Made by a program: the position numbers and the translations under genes | In this document: positions 36,830 through 49,339 of the stretch, in pieces | Numbering within the stretch: the stretch's first letter is position 1 | Layout of the letters: every line of letters begins with the position of its first letter | Source of the DNA: Mobula birostris | Taxonomy: Eukaryota | Direction: 5' to 3' | DNA length: 64,000 nucleotides | NCBI RefSeq assembly: GCF_030028105.1 | Contig: NC_092377.1 | Span: 126,622,242 to 126,686,241 of the forward strand | The notes under the pieces: model-generated | What the model was told of the DNA's origin: nothing | The model's database searches: none | Seen by the model: the letters and a program-made list of their open reading frames with translations, nothing else

Positions 36830-37310
36830 GATGGGTTGCATCACTGTCTGGTATGGGGGAGGGGGCTACTGCACAGGACTGTAAGAAGATGCAGAGGGTT
36901 GTAAATTTAGTTGGCACCATCTTGGGTACTAGCCTACAAAATACCCAGGACGTCTTCGGGGAGCAGTGTCCCAGAAAGGCAGTGTCCATTATTAAGGATC
37001 TCCAGCACCCAGGGCATGCCCTTTTCTCACTGTTACCATCAGGTAGGAGGTACAGAAGCCTGAAGGCACACACTCAGCGATTCAGGAACAGCTTCTTCCC
37101 CTCTGCTACCTGATTCCTAAATGGACATTGAACCTTTGAACACTACCTCACTTCTTAAAATATATATTATTTCTGTTTTTTTGCATAATATTTAATCTAT
37201 TCAATATAGGTATACTGTAAATGATTTCCTTATTCATTATATTTTTTCTCTTCTATATTATATTGTATTGAACTGCTGCTGCTAAGTTAACAAATGTCCT
37301 GACACGTGCC
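36830..37310 (+). mobile_element. Rex/Babar-like LINE 3' fragment
   Basis: IIKDLQHPGHALFSLLPSGRRYRSLKAHTQRFRNSFFPSA. Confidence 0.85.
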
Positions 37311-37890
37311 GATGTGATGTAGGTTAATCATTCATTCATCCATGGCTCCGTCTGTCTAAGTAGACAATGGATGCGCCCGTCCCAGGTCTGTAGGTTAATA
37401 GGTCATTAGAAATTGTCCTGTAATTCGGCGATGGTTCAATAGGTGTGTTTCTGGGAATGCGGCTCATTGGACCGCTTGTGTGTTGTATCTTGAAATAAAC
37501 GAATAAAAATTAAACAATAATTGCCACCCCTTACTACCTTCCTAAATTGCCCCCTTTCCCTGCAGTGCCCTTACTTTACTTATTTTATCCCCCTGATTTC
37601 CTGCGCCCCCCCCCCCGGTGCTGCCTCCTCTCCCTCTCCCTCCCTTCTGTCTCTGACCACCCACTCTCCCCTCTCTGGTTTCGCGGCATGACCACCAGAC
37701 TTCAAGGCCAGAGGTAATGGTTCGAATCAGACCGGCTCCTCCTTCCATCGCTTTCCATCCGAAAAAAAAATTGCTAGGAAACTGCAGCCTAACACTAGAT
37801 ATCTCTCTTTCTCACTGTTCTGCTCTCGATCCCCTTGGACGGTAGTGGGAAACACGTGACCGAGAAAGCGATCTCCCCGTCCCTGTCCTC

Positions 37891-38125
37891 ATTGGTAGGA
37901 GGTGGGATCTCTAGATGGGCGGGGATTACTTGAACAGCCAATAGGAAGCCTGGACACGCGGGGCGAAATAACCCTCAGCGCGGGAAAAGTTGATCTTGTT
38001 AGGAAGAGCAGGAGACCCAGGACTCTAATTCTGCACAGTTCTGGCTCCCTGTGACCAGGAATTCCGGAGAGCGTTCATGCAGGAATCCTAAGAGGCTGTG
38101 AGAAAGAGAGACTCCATCCCAGTGA
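37891..38125 (+). promoter_or_regulatory. Promoter-like element, copy 2, antisense within gene B intron 1
   Basis: ATTGG 37891-37895, GGGCGGGG 37917-37924, CCAAT 37938-37942, E2F-like GCGCGGGAAA 37978-37987. Core is near-identical to copy 1. Confidence 0.5.
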
Positions 38126-39870
38126 GGGTCTGTGTGTGGCTCCTCCTGTGACAAACCTCACCCCCTCGCTGTCCTATCAAATCCGTCCCTGCTTTAGCGA
38201 CGGTGAAGCGAGACGAGAGCACAGTATCTTCCATGACCTGGGATCGGAGGGGGCAGGGTGGGGAACGTTCAGAGGGAAGGAACCGGGAACCGTGTGGTCA
38301 GTGCGAGCAGCAGGAGGTGGGGTTGGGCCAGGTCAGGCCGGCAGGATGAGTGGACAGAATCAGGTGTAGAATCACCGTCAGCAAGGCGGGACCCCGGGGG
38401 TGAATTACCCCGGAGCTGAGACAGTAATAAACTGAGGGTTTTTGTCCGTTGGCTGCATATTAGAATCGGGTCTTTTTATAAAGGTTTTGCACAACAGTAC
38501 AGTGCGATGGCTTAGAAATTATAAATAATAATGCCCAGTAATGTGGTGGTGTAATCCAATGACAAACAAGAGAAATAATGCAGATGCTTGAAATCCAAGC
38601 AACACACACACAAACTGCTCAAGTAACTCAGCAGGCAAGGTAATATCTGTAGAAAACATTACAGTCGATGTGTCGGGCCGAGCTCCTTCAGTAGGACCTG
38701 TTTACCCAATTTATGCCTGTGGCTTTTCACGCCCTCATCAATCCTTGCTTTAAATGTGTATGTATCAATATGTTTTGAGACGATGGCCGATGGAGTCCGG
38801 TCCGGGCAAGTGTGGGGTGTTTGTGGAATTAAATTTAAAGGAACAGTGCAAGGTCAATGGCCAGACTTTAACATGAGGATCTTAAAAGTGGCTGCACAGT
38901 TTGGTAGGATGGTAAAGAAAGCATCCGGCATGCTTGCCTTTATTAGGTATCCAGTTGAAGAGTCCAGCAGTTATGGTTATGAAGCCGCATCCTCTGACCA
39001 GTTGTGTTAATTTCTGGTCACCGATTACAGGAAGGGTGTGAAAGTTTTGGAGAGGGTGCAGAAGAAGTTAACCAGGATGTTTCCTGGATTAGTGGGTACA
39101 TGCTACATGGTGAGGTTCGACAAACTGGGGCTGTTTGTGGAGCGTTTGGGGGAGGGGGGAATCTGATCGAAGTTTATGACATTACCAAAGGCATAGACAG
39201 CTGTTAGCTTTTCCTCGGAATCGAAATGTTCGACTCTAATACTAGGAGTCGCACAGCTACAAAATTGGTTGGAAGAGAATGTGCGAGGCGAGTATTCATT
39301 TGTAGTGAATTCCTGGAACGTGCTGGTTGTAGCACGTCTTCTATCGCTCGCTCTCTTCCAAACACCCCGCTCACAGCCGCTCTAGTTGAAAGCGGATGTG
39401 TGAGGTATGTTTTCATTACAATAGTGAATCACTGAAATGACAGGCGTTTAAGAGGCACTTAGCTGTATACATGAACAGGGATATGAAGCACTGGATCAGA
39501 ATCCCTCTGCATCGCATCGACCTCTGGTGCTGCCGGACCAGAGGGTGGCAAGGTTGTGTCGCCAAATCTCGAGTTTTTTCGATTAGTAAAGGACTTTACT
39601 CTTCTCGTTAACTTTCAGTCGCTCGCACGCTTTACTCAGAAAAGAAAACCTGGATAGTCCCGTTTCTTGTATAAACCCCGACCCCGGTTCAGCACAGTTT
39701 CCCTGCAAACAGACTCTTTCTCTTCCCCCCGTCCAATCCCTGTATGGGAAGCGTCGCCGGTACTGGTATCTGCCCCCGTCACCAACCCAACCCGACCCCT
39801 CACAACGTCCCCGTCTCGGCAACAGCGGTCCGGTAGTACAGCCTCACCGTCACGATCCCGGGACCTTTAC

Positions 39871-39932
39871 CTGAGGGTATTCAGTTGTGAGATGATGCCG
39901 TGACCGAAGGAAGCAGCCGCTCCTAACCCCAT
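39871..39932 (-). CDS. Gene B exon 1 coding part (MGLGAAASFGHGIISQLNTL)
   Basis: gtgATGG start, CAG|GTAAAG phase-2 donor, CCAAT box (attgg 40006-40010) and E2F-like TTTTCGCGCCC (40074-40084) upstream. Confidence 0.75.
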
Positions 39933-40100
39933 CACTGCCGCTGTGGAGAGACGGTGGCTGATCTGATGCATTTCTATAGGCTCCGCCACGAGTTCAAGAG
40001 CGCTGATTGGTGCAACTTGTTGTCACTCATTGTTCAGGTCAACCTACCGTCAACAAACCAGCGCACGTGTTTTGGGCGCGAAAAGAAGGGTTTAATTTTT

Positions 40101-43100
40101 TGGTGAACGCAGCAGGCCGGGCGGCATCTCTAGGAAGAGGTGCAGTCGGCGTTTCAGGCCGAGACCCTTCGTCAGGAATAACTGAAGGAAGAGTGAGTAA
40201 GGGATTTGAAAGTTGGAGGGGGAGGGATCCAAAATGATAGGAGAAGACAGGAAGGGGAGGGATAGAGCCAAGAGCTGGACAGGTGATAGGCAAAAGGGGA
40301 TACGAGAGGATCATGGGACAGGAGGTCCGGGAAGAAAGACAAGGGGGGGGACCCAGAGGATGGGCAAGGGGTATATTCAGAGGGACAGAGGGAGAATAAG
40401 GAGAGTGAGAGAAAGAATGTGTGCATAAAAATAAGTAACAGATGGGGTACGAGGGGGAGGTGGGGCATTAGCGGAAGTTAGAGAAGTCGATGTTCATGCC
40501 ATCAGGTTGGAGGCTACCCAGACGGAATATAAGGTGTTGTTCCTCCAACCTGAGTATGACTTCATCTTTACAGTAGAGGAGGCTGTGGATAGACATGTCA
40601 GAATGGAAATGGGATGTGGAATTAAAATGTGTGGCCACTGGGAGATCCTGCTTTCTCTGGCGGACAGAGCGTAGATGTTCAGCAAAGCGGTCTCCCAGTC
40701 TGCGTCGGGTCTCGCCAATATATAAAAGGCCACATCGGGAGCGCCGGACGCAGTATATCACCCCAGCCGACTCACAGGTGAAGTGTTGCCTCACCTGGAA
40801 GGACTGTTTGGGGCCCTGAATGGTGGTAAGGGAGGAAGTGTAAGGGCATGTGTAGCACTTGTTCCGCTTACACGGATAAAAGTGCCAGGAGGGAGATCAG
40901 TGGGGAGGGATGGGGGGGACGAATGGACAAGGGAGTTGCGTAGGGAGCGATCCCTGCGGAATGCAGAGAGAGGGGGGGAGGGAAAGATGTGCTTAGTGGT
41001 GGGATCCCGTTGGAGGTGGCGGAAGTTACGGAGAATAATATGTTGGACCCGGAGGCTGGTGGGGTGGTAGGTGAGGACCAGGGGAACCCTATTCCTAGTG
41101 GGGTGGCGGGAGGATGGAGTGAGAGCAGATGTACGTGAAATGGGGGAGATGCGTTTAAGAGCAGAGTTGATAGTGGAGGAAGGGAAGCCTCTTTCTTTAA
41201 AAAAGGAAGACATCTCCCTCGTCCTAGAATGAAAAGCCTCATCCTGAGAGCAGATGCGGCAGAGACGGAGGAATTGCGAGAAGTGGATGGCGTTTTTGCA
41301 AGAGACAGGGTGAGAAGAGGAATAGTCCAGATAGCTGTGAGAGTCAGTAGGCTTATAGTAGACATCAGTGGATAAGCTGTCTCCAGAGACAGAGACAGAA
41401 AGATCTAGAAAGGGGAGGGAGGTGTCAGAAATGGACCAGGTAAACTTGAGGGCAGGGTGAAAGTTGGAGGCAAAGTTAATAAAGTCAATGAGCTCTGCAT
41501 GCGTGCTGGAAGCAGCGCCAATGCAGTCGTCGATGTAGCGAAGGAAAAGTGGGGGACAGATACCAGAATAGGCACGGAACATAGATTGTTCCACAAAGCC
41601 AACAAAAAGGCAGGCATAGCTAGGACCCATACAGGTGCCTATAGCTACACCTTTAGTTTGGAGGAAGTGGGAGGAGCCAAAGGAGAAATTATTAAGAGTA
41701 AGGACTAATTCCGCTAGACGGAGCAGAGTGGTGGTAGAGGGGAACTGATTAGGTCTGGAATCCAAAAAGAAGCGTAAAGCTTTGAGACCTTCCTGATGGG
41801 GATAGAAGTATATAGGGACTGGACATCCATGGTGAAAATAAAGCAATGGGGGCCAGGGAACTTAAAATCATCGAAAAGTTTAAGAGTGTGAGAAGTGTCA
41901 CGAACATAGGTAGGAAGGGATTGAACAAGGGGGGATAAAACTGTGTCGAGGTAAGCAGAAACGGGTTCGGTGGGGCAGGAGCAAGCTGAGACAATAGGTC
42001 GGCCAGGACAGGCAGGTTTGTGGATCTTGGGTAGGAGGTAGAAACGGGAAGTGCGAGGTGTGGGAAGTATAAGGTTGGTAGCAGTGGATGGGAGATCCCC
42101 TGAGCGGATAAAGTCGGTGATGGTGTGGGAGACAATGGCCTGGTGCTCCTTAGTGGGGTCACGATCGAGGGGTAAATAAGAGGAGGTGTATCACGTACAT
42201 CTGCTCTCACTCCATCCTCCCACCACCCCACGAGGAATAGGGTTCCCCTGGGCCTCACCTACCACCCCACCAGCCTCCGGGTCCAACATATTATTCTCCA
42301 TAACTTCCGCCACCTCCAACGGGATCCCACCACTAAGCACATCTTTCCCTCCCCCCCTCTCTCTGCATTCCGCAGGGATCGCTCCCTACGCGACTCCCTT
42401 GTCCATTCGTCCCCCCCATCCCTCCCCACTGATCTCCCTCCTGGCACTTTTATCCGTGTAAGCGGAACAAGTGCTACACATGCCCTTACACTTCCTCCCT
42501 TACCACCATTCAGGGCCCCAGACAGTCCTTCCAGGTGAGGCAACACTTCACCTGTGAGTCGGCTGGGGTGATATACTGTGTCCGGTGCTCCCGATATGGC
42601 CTTTTATATATTGGCGAGACCCGACGCAGACTGGGAGACTGCTTTGCTGAACACCTACTCTCTGTCCGCCAGAGAAAGCAGGATCTCCCAGTGGCCACAC
42701 ATTTTAATTCCACATCCCATTCCCATTCTGACATGTCTATCCATGGTCTCCTCTACTGTAAAGATGAAGCCACACTCAGGTTGGAGGAACAACACCTTAT
42801 ATTCCGTCTGGGTAGCCTCCAACCTGATGGTATGAACATCGACTTCTCTAACTTCCGCTAATGCCCCACCTCCCCCTCATACCCCATCTGTTACTTATTT
42901 TTATACACATATCCTTTCTCTCTCTCTCCTTTTTCTCCCTCTGTCCCTCTGAATATAGCCCTTGCCCATCCTCTGGGTCCCCCCCCCGCCTTGCCTTTCT
43001 TCCCGGACCTCCTGTCCCATGATCCTCTTGTATCCCTTTTGCCAATCACCTGTCCAGCCTTTGGCTCCATCCCTCCCCCTCCTGTCTTCTCCTATCATTT

Positions 43101-43290
43101 TGGATCTCCCCCTCCCCCTCCAACTTTCAAATCCCTTACTCACTCTTCCTTCAGTTAGTCCTGACGAAGGGTCTCGGCCTGAAACGTCGACTGCACCTCT
43201 TCCTAGAGATGCTGCCTGGCCTGCTGCGTTCACCAGCAACTTTTATGTGTGTTTCTTGAATTTCCAGCATCTGCAGAATTCCTGTTGTTT
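40101..43290. mobile_element. Penelope-like element with ~1-kb inverted arms (40101-41137 minus; 42190-43235 plus)
   Basis: RT (TKGVAIGTCMGPSYACL, LRYIDD) and GIY-YIG (VIYCVRRSRCGLLYIGET) on the minus strand; the 3' part and pLTR are repeated inverted on the plus strand. Confidence 0.9.
43157..43192 (+). ncRNA. Minimal type I hammerhead ribozyme motif, intact core
   Basis: AGTC-CTGACGA-AGGGTCTCGGCCT-GAAAC-GTC-GACT; predicted cleavage after 43188. Confidence 0.7.
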
Positions 43291-43771
43291 GCTTTAATTT
43301 TTTCCCGCTTTTCTAATCGTTGCCATTAAATGCCTGAAGACGCACTTAACACATCCGGGACAGCTCCTCCCCCTCTGCCATCTGATTTCTAAATGGATGT
43401 TGCACTTTTATTATTTCTGTTTTTGCGCTGTTTCTTCATGTGACTATTTAATATACATGTATAAAGTTGCTTTAAATCATTTATTTTTCTATATGTTATC
43501 ATGTATGACATTGTACTTCTGCTGCTAAGTTAACAGATTTCACGACGTATGTGTGTGATTTTAAAACTGATCCTGAATCTGACTTTGTAAGTTTTCAATC
43601 ACTGACACATTTTACTGAGATTGCTTTACTTTACCTTCTTTACCACCCTATCAATCATCTGGAAAGTGGTCTCCATATTCCATTTCTCTGCCAGTACCTG
43701 CATCCCGCTCTATCCTTTGCCAGACTTATACACAATATTATTCACAATACCAGTGAGCTGTCTACAAACCA

Positions 43772-44057
43772 AAGTCAAAGTCCTGTCCCGAGCCTTTGTG
43801 GCTCATCAGCCCGGTGCTTATGCCAGTTTCTGTGGCGTGAAGCGACTGAGAGTACGAGACTCTCCACCCTGGATAGCACGCCAGTCTATCGCGAGGTTGA
43901 CCTCCAGCATTTTTTGCCGGTACCCATTGTTCAGCTGGGTACACTGGAGCATTGTGTGGTTAAGTGCCTTGCTTAAGGACACACGCTGCCTTGTCTGGGC
44001 TCGAACTCGTGACCTTCAGGTCGCTAGTCGAACACCCAAACCACACGGCCACACGCC
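43772..44057 (-). mobile_element. tRNA-derived SINE with 8-bp TSD
   Basis: tRNA-like head (gtggtttggg...gagttcgagccc) and ccttaagcaaggcactt body. TSD acaaacca at 43764-43771 and 44058-44065; empty paralogous site near 20830. Confidence 0.75.
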
Positions 44058-44204
44058 ACAAACCACTCAGCTATATTCTCATCCAAGTCATTGCTATTAT
44101 AACCAACAGTGATCCAGAGAGATCCCTGCGGAATACCAGTACACATGGGTCTCCCGCCTCTACTCTGACTTCTATGAAACCAAATGGCCAATTCACTGTG
44201 GATC

Positions 44205-47200
44205 CCATAAGACCATAAGACAAAGGAGCAGAAGTTGGCCATTCGGCCCATCGAGTCTGCTCCGCCATTTTATCATGAGCTGATCCATTCTCCCATTTAG
44301 TCCCACTCCCTCGCCTTGTCACCATAACCTTTGATGCCCTGGCTACTCAGATACCTATCAATCTCTGCCTTAAATACACCCAATGACTTGGCCTCCACTG
44401 CTGCCCGTGGCAACAAATTCCACAGATTCACCACCCTCTGGCTAAAAAAATTTCTTTGCATTTCTGTTCTGAATGGGCGCGCTTCAATCCTTAAGTCATG
44501 CTCTCTCGTACTAGACTCCCTCATCATGGGAAACAACTTTGCCACATCCACTCTGTCCATGCCTTTCAACATTCGAAATGTTTCTATAAGGTCTCCCCTC
44601 ATTCTTCGAAACTCCAAGGAATACAGTTCAAGAGAGGACAAATGTTCCTCATATGTTAACTCTCTCATTCCCGGAATCATTCTAGTGAATCTTCTCTGTA
44701 CCCTCTCCAAAGTCAGCACATCCTTTCTTAAATAAGGAGACCAAAACTGCCCACAGTACTCCAAGTGAGGTCTCACCAGTGCCTTATAGAGCCTCAACAT
44801 CACATCCCTGCTCCTATACTCTATTCCTCTAGAAATGAATGCCAACATTGCATTCGCCTTCTTCACTACCGACTCAACCTGGAGGTTAACTTTAAGGGTA
44901 TCCTGTACAAGGACTCCCAAGTCCCGTTGCATCTCAGAACTTTGAATTCTTTCCCCATTTAAATAATAGTCTGCCCGTTTATTTCTTCTGCCAAAGTGCA
45001 TAACCATACACTTTGCAACATTGTACTTCATTTGCCGCTTCTTTGCCCATTCTTCCAATCTATCCAAGTCTCTCTGCAGACTCTCCATTTCCTCAGCACT
45101 ACCGGCCCCTCCACCTATCTTCGTATCGTCCGCAAACTTAGCCACAAAGCCATTGATGTAGGACGTAAAAAGAAGCGGCCCCAACACTGATCCCTGTGGA
45201 AAACCACTGGCAACTGGCAGCCAACCAGAATAGGATCCCTTTATTCCCACTCTCTGTTTCCTGCCAATCAGCCAACGCTCTATCCACGTATGTAACTTTC
45301 CCGTAATTCCATGGGCTCTTATCTTGTTAAGTAGCCTCAGGTGTGGCACCTTGTCAAAGGCCTCCTGAAAATCCAAATATACAGCATCCACTGCATCTCC
45401 CTTGTCTAGCCTGCTGGTAACTTCCTCAAAAAATTGTAATAAGTTTGTCAGGCAGGATTTTCCTTTAAGGAATCCATGCTTGCTAAGTTCTGCCTATCTT
45501 GTCAAATGCCTCCAGGTACTCTGTAACCTCATCCTTGATAATCGAATCCAACAACCTCCCAACCACCGATGTCAAGCTAACAGGTCTGTAATTTCCCTTT
45601 TGCTGCCTTGCCGCCGCCTTAAATAACGGAGTGACATTTGCAATCTTCCAGTCCTCCGGAACCATGCCAGAATCTATCGACTTTTGAAAGATCATTGCTA
45701 ATGCCTGTGCAATCTCCACAGCTACTTCCTTCAGAACACGAGGGTGCATTCCATCTGGTCCGGGTGATTTATCTACCTTTAGACTATTCAGCTTCCTGAG
45801 TACTTCCTCCGTCGTAATTGTGACTGCGCACACTTCTCTTCCCTGCCACCCTTGAGCGTCCAGTATACTGCTGATGTCTTCCGCAGTGAAGGCTGATGCA
45901 AAATACTTGTTCAGTTCCTCTGCCATCTCCTTATCTCCCATTACAATTTCTCCAGCGTAATTTTCTATCAGTTCTATATCTACTCTCACCTGTCTTTTAC
46001 TCTTTACATACTTGAAAAAGCTTTTAGTATCCTCTTTGATATTATTTGCTAGCTTCCTTTCATAGTTAATCTTTTCTCTCTTAATGACCTTCTTAGTTTC
46101 CTTTTGTAAGGTTTTAAATACTTCCCAATCCTCTGTCTTCCCACTAATTTTTGCTTCCTTGTATGCCCTCTCCTTTGCTTTAACTTTGGCTTTGACTTCT
46201 CTTGTCAACCACAGTTGCATCCTTTTTCCATTCAAAAATGTCTTCTTTTCTGGAATATACCTGTCTTGCATCTTCCTCACTTCTTGCATAAACTCCAGCC
46301 ACTGCTGCTCTGCCATCTTTCCAGCCAGTGTCCCTTTCCAGTCAACTTTGGCCAGTTCCTCTCTCATGCCACTGTAATTTCCTTTGCTCCACTGAAATAC
46401 CGACACATCAGATTTCGGCTTCTCTTTTTCAAATGTCACAGCGAACTCAATCATGTTATGATCACTGTCTCCGAAGGGTTCCTTCACCTCAATCTCTCTA
46501 ATCACCTCTGGTTCATTGCACAATACCAAATCCAGTACAGCCGATCCCCTAGTGGGCTCAACAACAAGCTGTTCTAAAAAGACATCTTGCAGACATTCTA
46601 CAAATTCTCTCTCTTGAGATCCAGTGCCGACCTGATTTTCCCAATCCACTCGCATGTTAAAATCCCCCGCAATTATCGTAACACTGCCCTTCTGACAAGC
46701 CTTTTCTATTTCCTGTTGTAATTTGTAGTCCACATCCCAGCAGCTGTTTGGAGGCCTATAAATAACTGCCATCAGGGTCCTTTTACCCCTGCTATTTCTT
46801 AGCTCAACCCATAAAGATTCTGCACCTTCTGATCCTATATCACCTCTTTCTAATGATTTAATATCATTTCTTACCAATAAAGCCACACCTCCCCCTCTGC
46901 CTACCTTCCTATCCTTCCAATACACCGTGTATCCTTGGACGTTCAGCTCCCAGAGACATGCATCCTTTAGCCACGTCTCAGTGATGGTCACAATATCATA
47001 CCTGCCAATCTGTAGCTGTACGACAAGATCATCCACCTTATTCCTTATGCTGCGTGCATTTAAGTATAACACCTTAAGACCAGTATTTGGTACTTTTCGA
47101 TTTGATTTCACTGCAACTTTATTGCACTGCAACTCATCCCAATGGCAACAAATTTGCCCCATCACCTGCCTGTCTTTCCTGACATCTTTACTGCTCACTA

Positions 47201-47760
47201 TCTTAGATTTATTTCTGTTTTCCCCTTCCTCCGCTCTATCATTCCGATTCCCAGCCCCCTGCCAAATTAGTTTAAACTCTCCCTAACAGCTCTATTAAAC
47301 TTTCCCGCCAGGATATTGGTCCCTTCAGGTTCAGGTGTAACCTGTCCTTTTTGAACAGGTCATGCTTCCCCCAGAAGAGATCCCAATTATCCAAGAATCT
47401 GAAGCCCTGCCCCCTGCACCAGTCTCTCAGCCACGCATTCATCTGCCTGATCCTACTATTCTTGCCCTCGTTAGCACGTGGCACAGGTAGCAATCCCGAG
47501 ATTACTACCCTGGAGGTCCTGCTTCTCAGCTTCCTTCCTAACTCCTGGAAATCTCTCTTCAGGACCTCCTCCTTTGTCCTATCTATGTCATTGGTACCAA
47601 CATGTACCAAGACAACTGGCTGCTCACCCTCCCCCTTCAGAATATTCAGGACCCGATCCGAGACATCCCATACCCTGGCACCTGTGAGGCAACACACCAT
47701 GCGGGTATCTCTATCAGGCTCACAGGATCTCCTGTCCGTTCCCCTGACTATGGAATCCCC
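44205..47760 (-). mobile_element. Near full-length CR1 LINE (ORF1 SGNH-esterase part, ORF2 endonuclease plus RT, frameshifted)
   Basis: VHVGTNDI esterase motif (47272-47700), YLNARSIRNK endonuclease, VAKFADDTKIGG RT, (cttatg)n tail near 44205. Confidence 0.93.
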
Positions 47761-47803
47761 TACGACTACCGCATTCCTCTTCTCCCATGCATTTTATCTT
47801 CTG

Positions 47804-47841
<38 letters not shown>

Positions 47842-48090
47842 GGTCGGTGTGTGAGAGAGAGAGACGGACGGTCGGTCCGTGTGTGAGATAGAGTGGTGGG
47901 GACAGTCGGTGTCTGAAAGAGAGAGACTGTCAAACTCCAGCCTCGGCTCAGCACAGTTTCACTACACAGACTCTTCGCCTATGCCTCACCTTGCCCTAAT
48001 GGGACTCCTGCTCCAGGATCCCCACTTTGGCAATCGCTGCCCTCTGTTGTCGGAAGAAAAACCTCACCATCCCGATCCTGGGATCTTTAC

Positions 48091-48120
48091 CTGAGGGTAT
48101 TCGGCTGTGGGATGATGCCA
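48091..48120 (-). pseudogene. Truncated relic of the A/B-family first exon (GIIPQPNTL)
   Basis: Same donor and intron flank as the other three copies; the upstream part is replaced by a CR1 fragment and there is no in-frame ATG. Confidence 0.65.
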
Positions 48121-48149
48121 TTCTCCAGGGGGACAATCTAGATATAGTC

Positions 48150-49100
48150 AGCCAAACAGAATAGGCCACTTTATTCCCACTCTTTCCTTCCTGCTAGGTA
48201 TCCAATCTTGTATCCATGCAAGTATCCTTCCTGTAATACCGTGGGCTCTTAACTTGTTAAACTGTGTCATGTGCAACACCTTGTCAAAGGGCTTCTGAAA
48301 GTCCAAATAAACAATATGAATTGGCACTCCTTTATCTATCCTGCCAGTTAACACCTCAAGGAATTCCAATGGATTTGTAGGCAAGATTTCCTCTGATGGA
48401 AGTAATGCAGATTTTGGCCTATTCAATCTTGTGGCTCCAAGTACCCTGAAGCTCCTCCTTAGCAATGGACTCCACCATCTTCCCAACAACTAAAGCAGGT
48501 TAAACGGCCCATACTTTCCTTCTGCCTCTCTCCCTTCTTAAGTAGTGGAGTGACATCTATATTTTTCCAGTCCAGAGGATGCATTCCAGATTGCAGTGAT
48601 TCTTGAAACGCCTCCACAGTCTCTTCAGCAACTTCATTTAGAATCCTGGAGTGTTGGTAGTTCATCTGGGTCCAGCTGACTTCTCTACTTTCAGACCTGT
48701 CAGTTCCCCAAACACCTTCTCCCTAGTAATGGCAACTTCACTCACTTCTGCCCCCTGACACTCTCGCATTTCTGGCATTCTGCTATTATCTTCTAAAGTG
48801 AAGAATGAAGGAAAATACTGTTTAGTTCATATTTTTGTCCCCATTACTACCTCTCCAGTGACATTTTCCAACGGTCTGATATTAACTCTGGCCTCTCTTG
48901 TATTTCGGGGAAAATATTTTGTACCCTCTTGCTTACTATTGGCTAGCTTACCTTCATATTTCATCTTCCTCACCCCCCATGTTTTTTTTTTGCTGCCTTC
49001 TGTTGGTTTTTAAAGCTTCCCTATTATCCCACTAATAGTTGCTCTATTAAATGCCCTCTTAGCTGCGGTTCCCTCATCCTCGCTTTAGAATACTTCTTCA
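48150..49100 (-). mobile_element. Degenerate CR1 fragment
   Basis: VYLDFQKPFDKVLH motif. Confidence 0.75.
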
Positions 49101-49339
49101 TCTTTGGGACTCGGGATTCATATGCATAATGTTGCAAAGCACTCTGGTACAATTTAGGTTCCATTTTGTTATGACAAGTAAAATATATTTCCAGATCGCC
49201 TCCTTTTTGTCATTTAATGACAACACTACATTTCACCAAATACAGTAATTGAAATGATGCAGTTTCAAAGCCCAACTCCAAAATTCCCTTTTCATCCGTC
49301 CACCTTAATGAGTGCCAATTCCTTTCTTTAATATCCTCT

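Noticed and set aside
36793-37113. Repeated HALFSLLPSGRRYRSL peptide as a host gene family
   Set aside because: It occurs many times next to RT motifs and AT-rich tails, so it is the C-terminus of a Rex/Babar-like LINE.
38436-38446. RSS nonamer-like ggtttttgt
   Set aside because: No heptamer at 12 or 23 nt spacing, and no adjacent gene segment.
48091-48122. Functional fourth first exon using the ATG at ~48121
   Set aside because: That ATG gives a phase-1 junction incompatible with exon 2, and the promoter is replaced by CR1 sequence.
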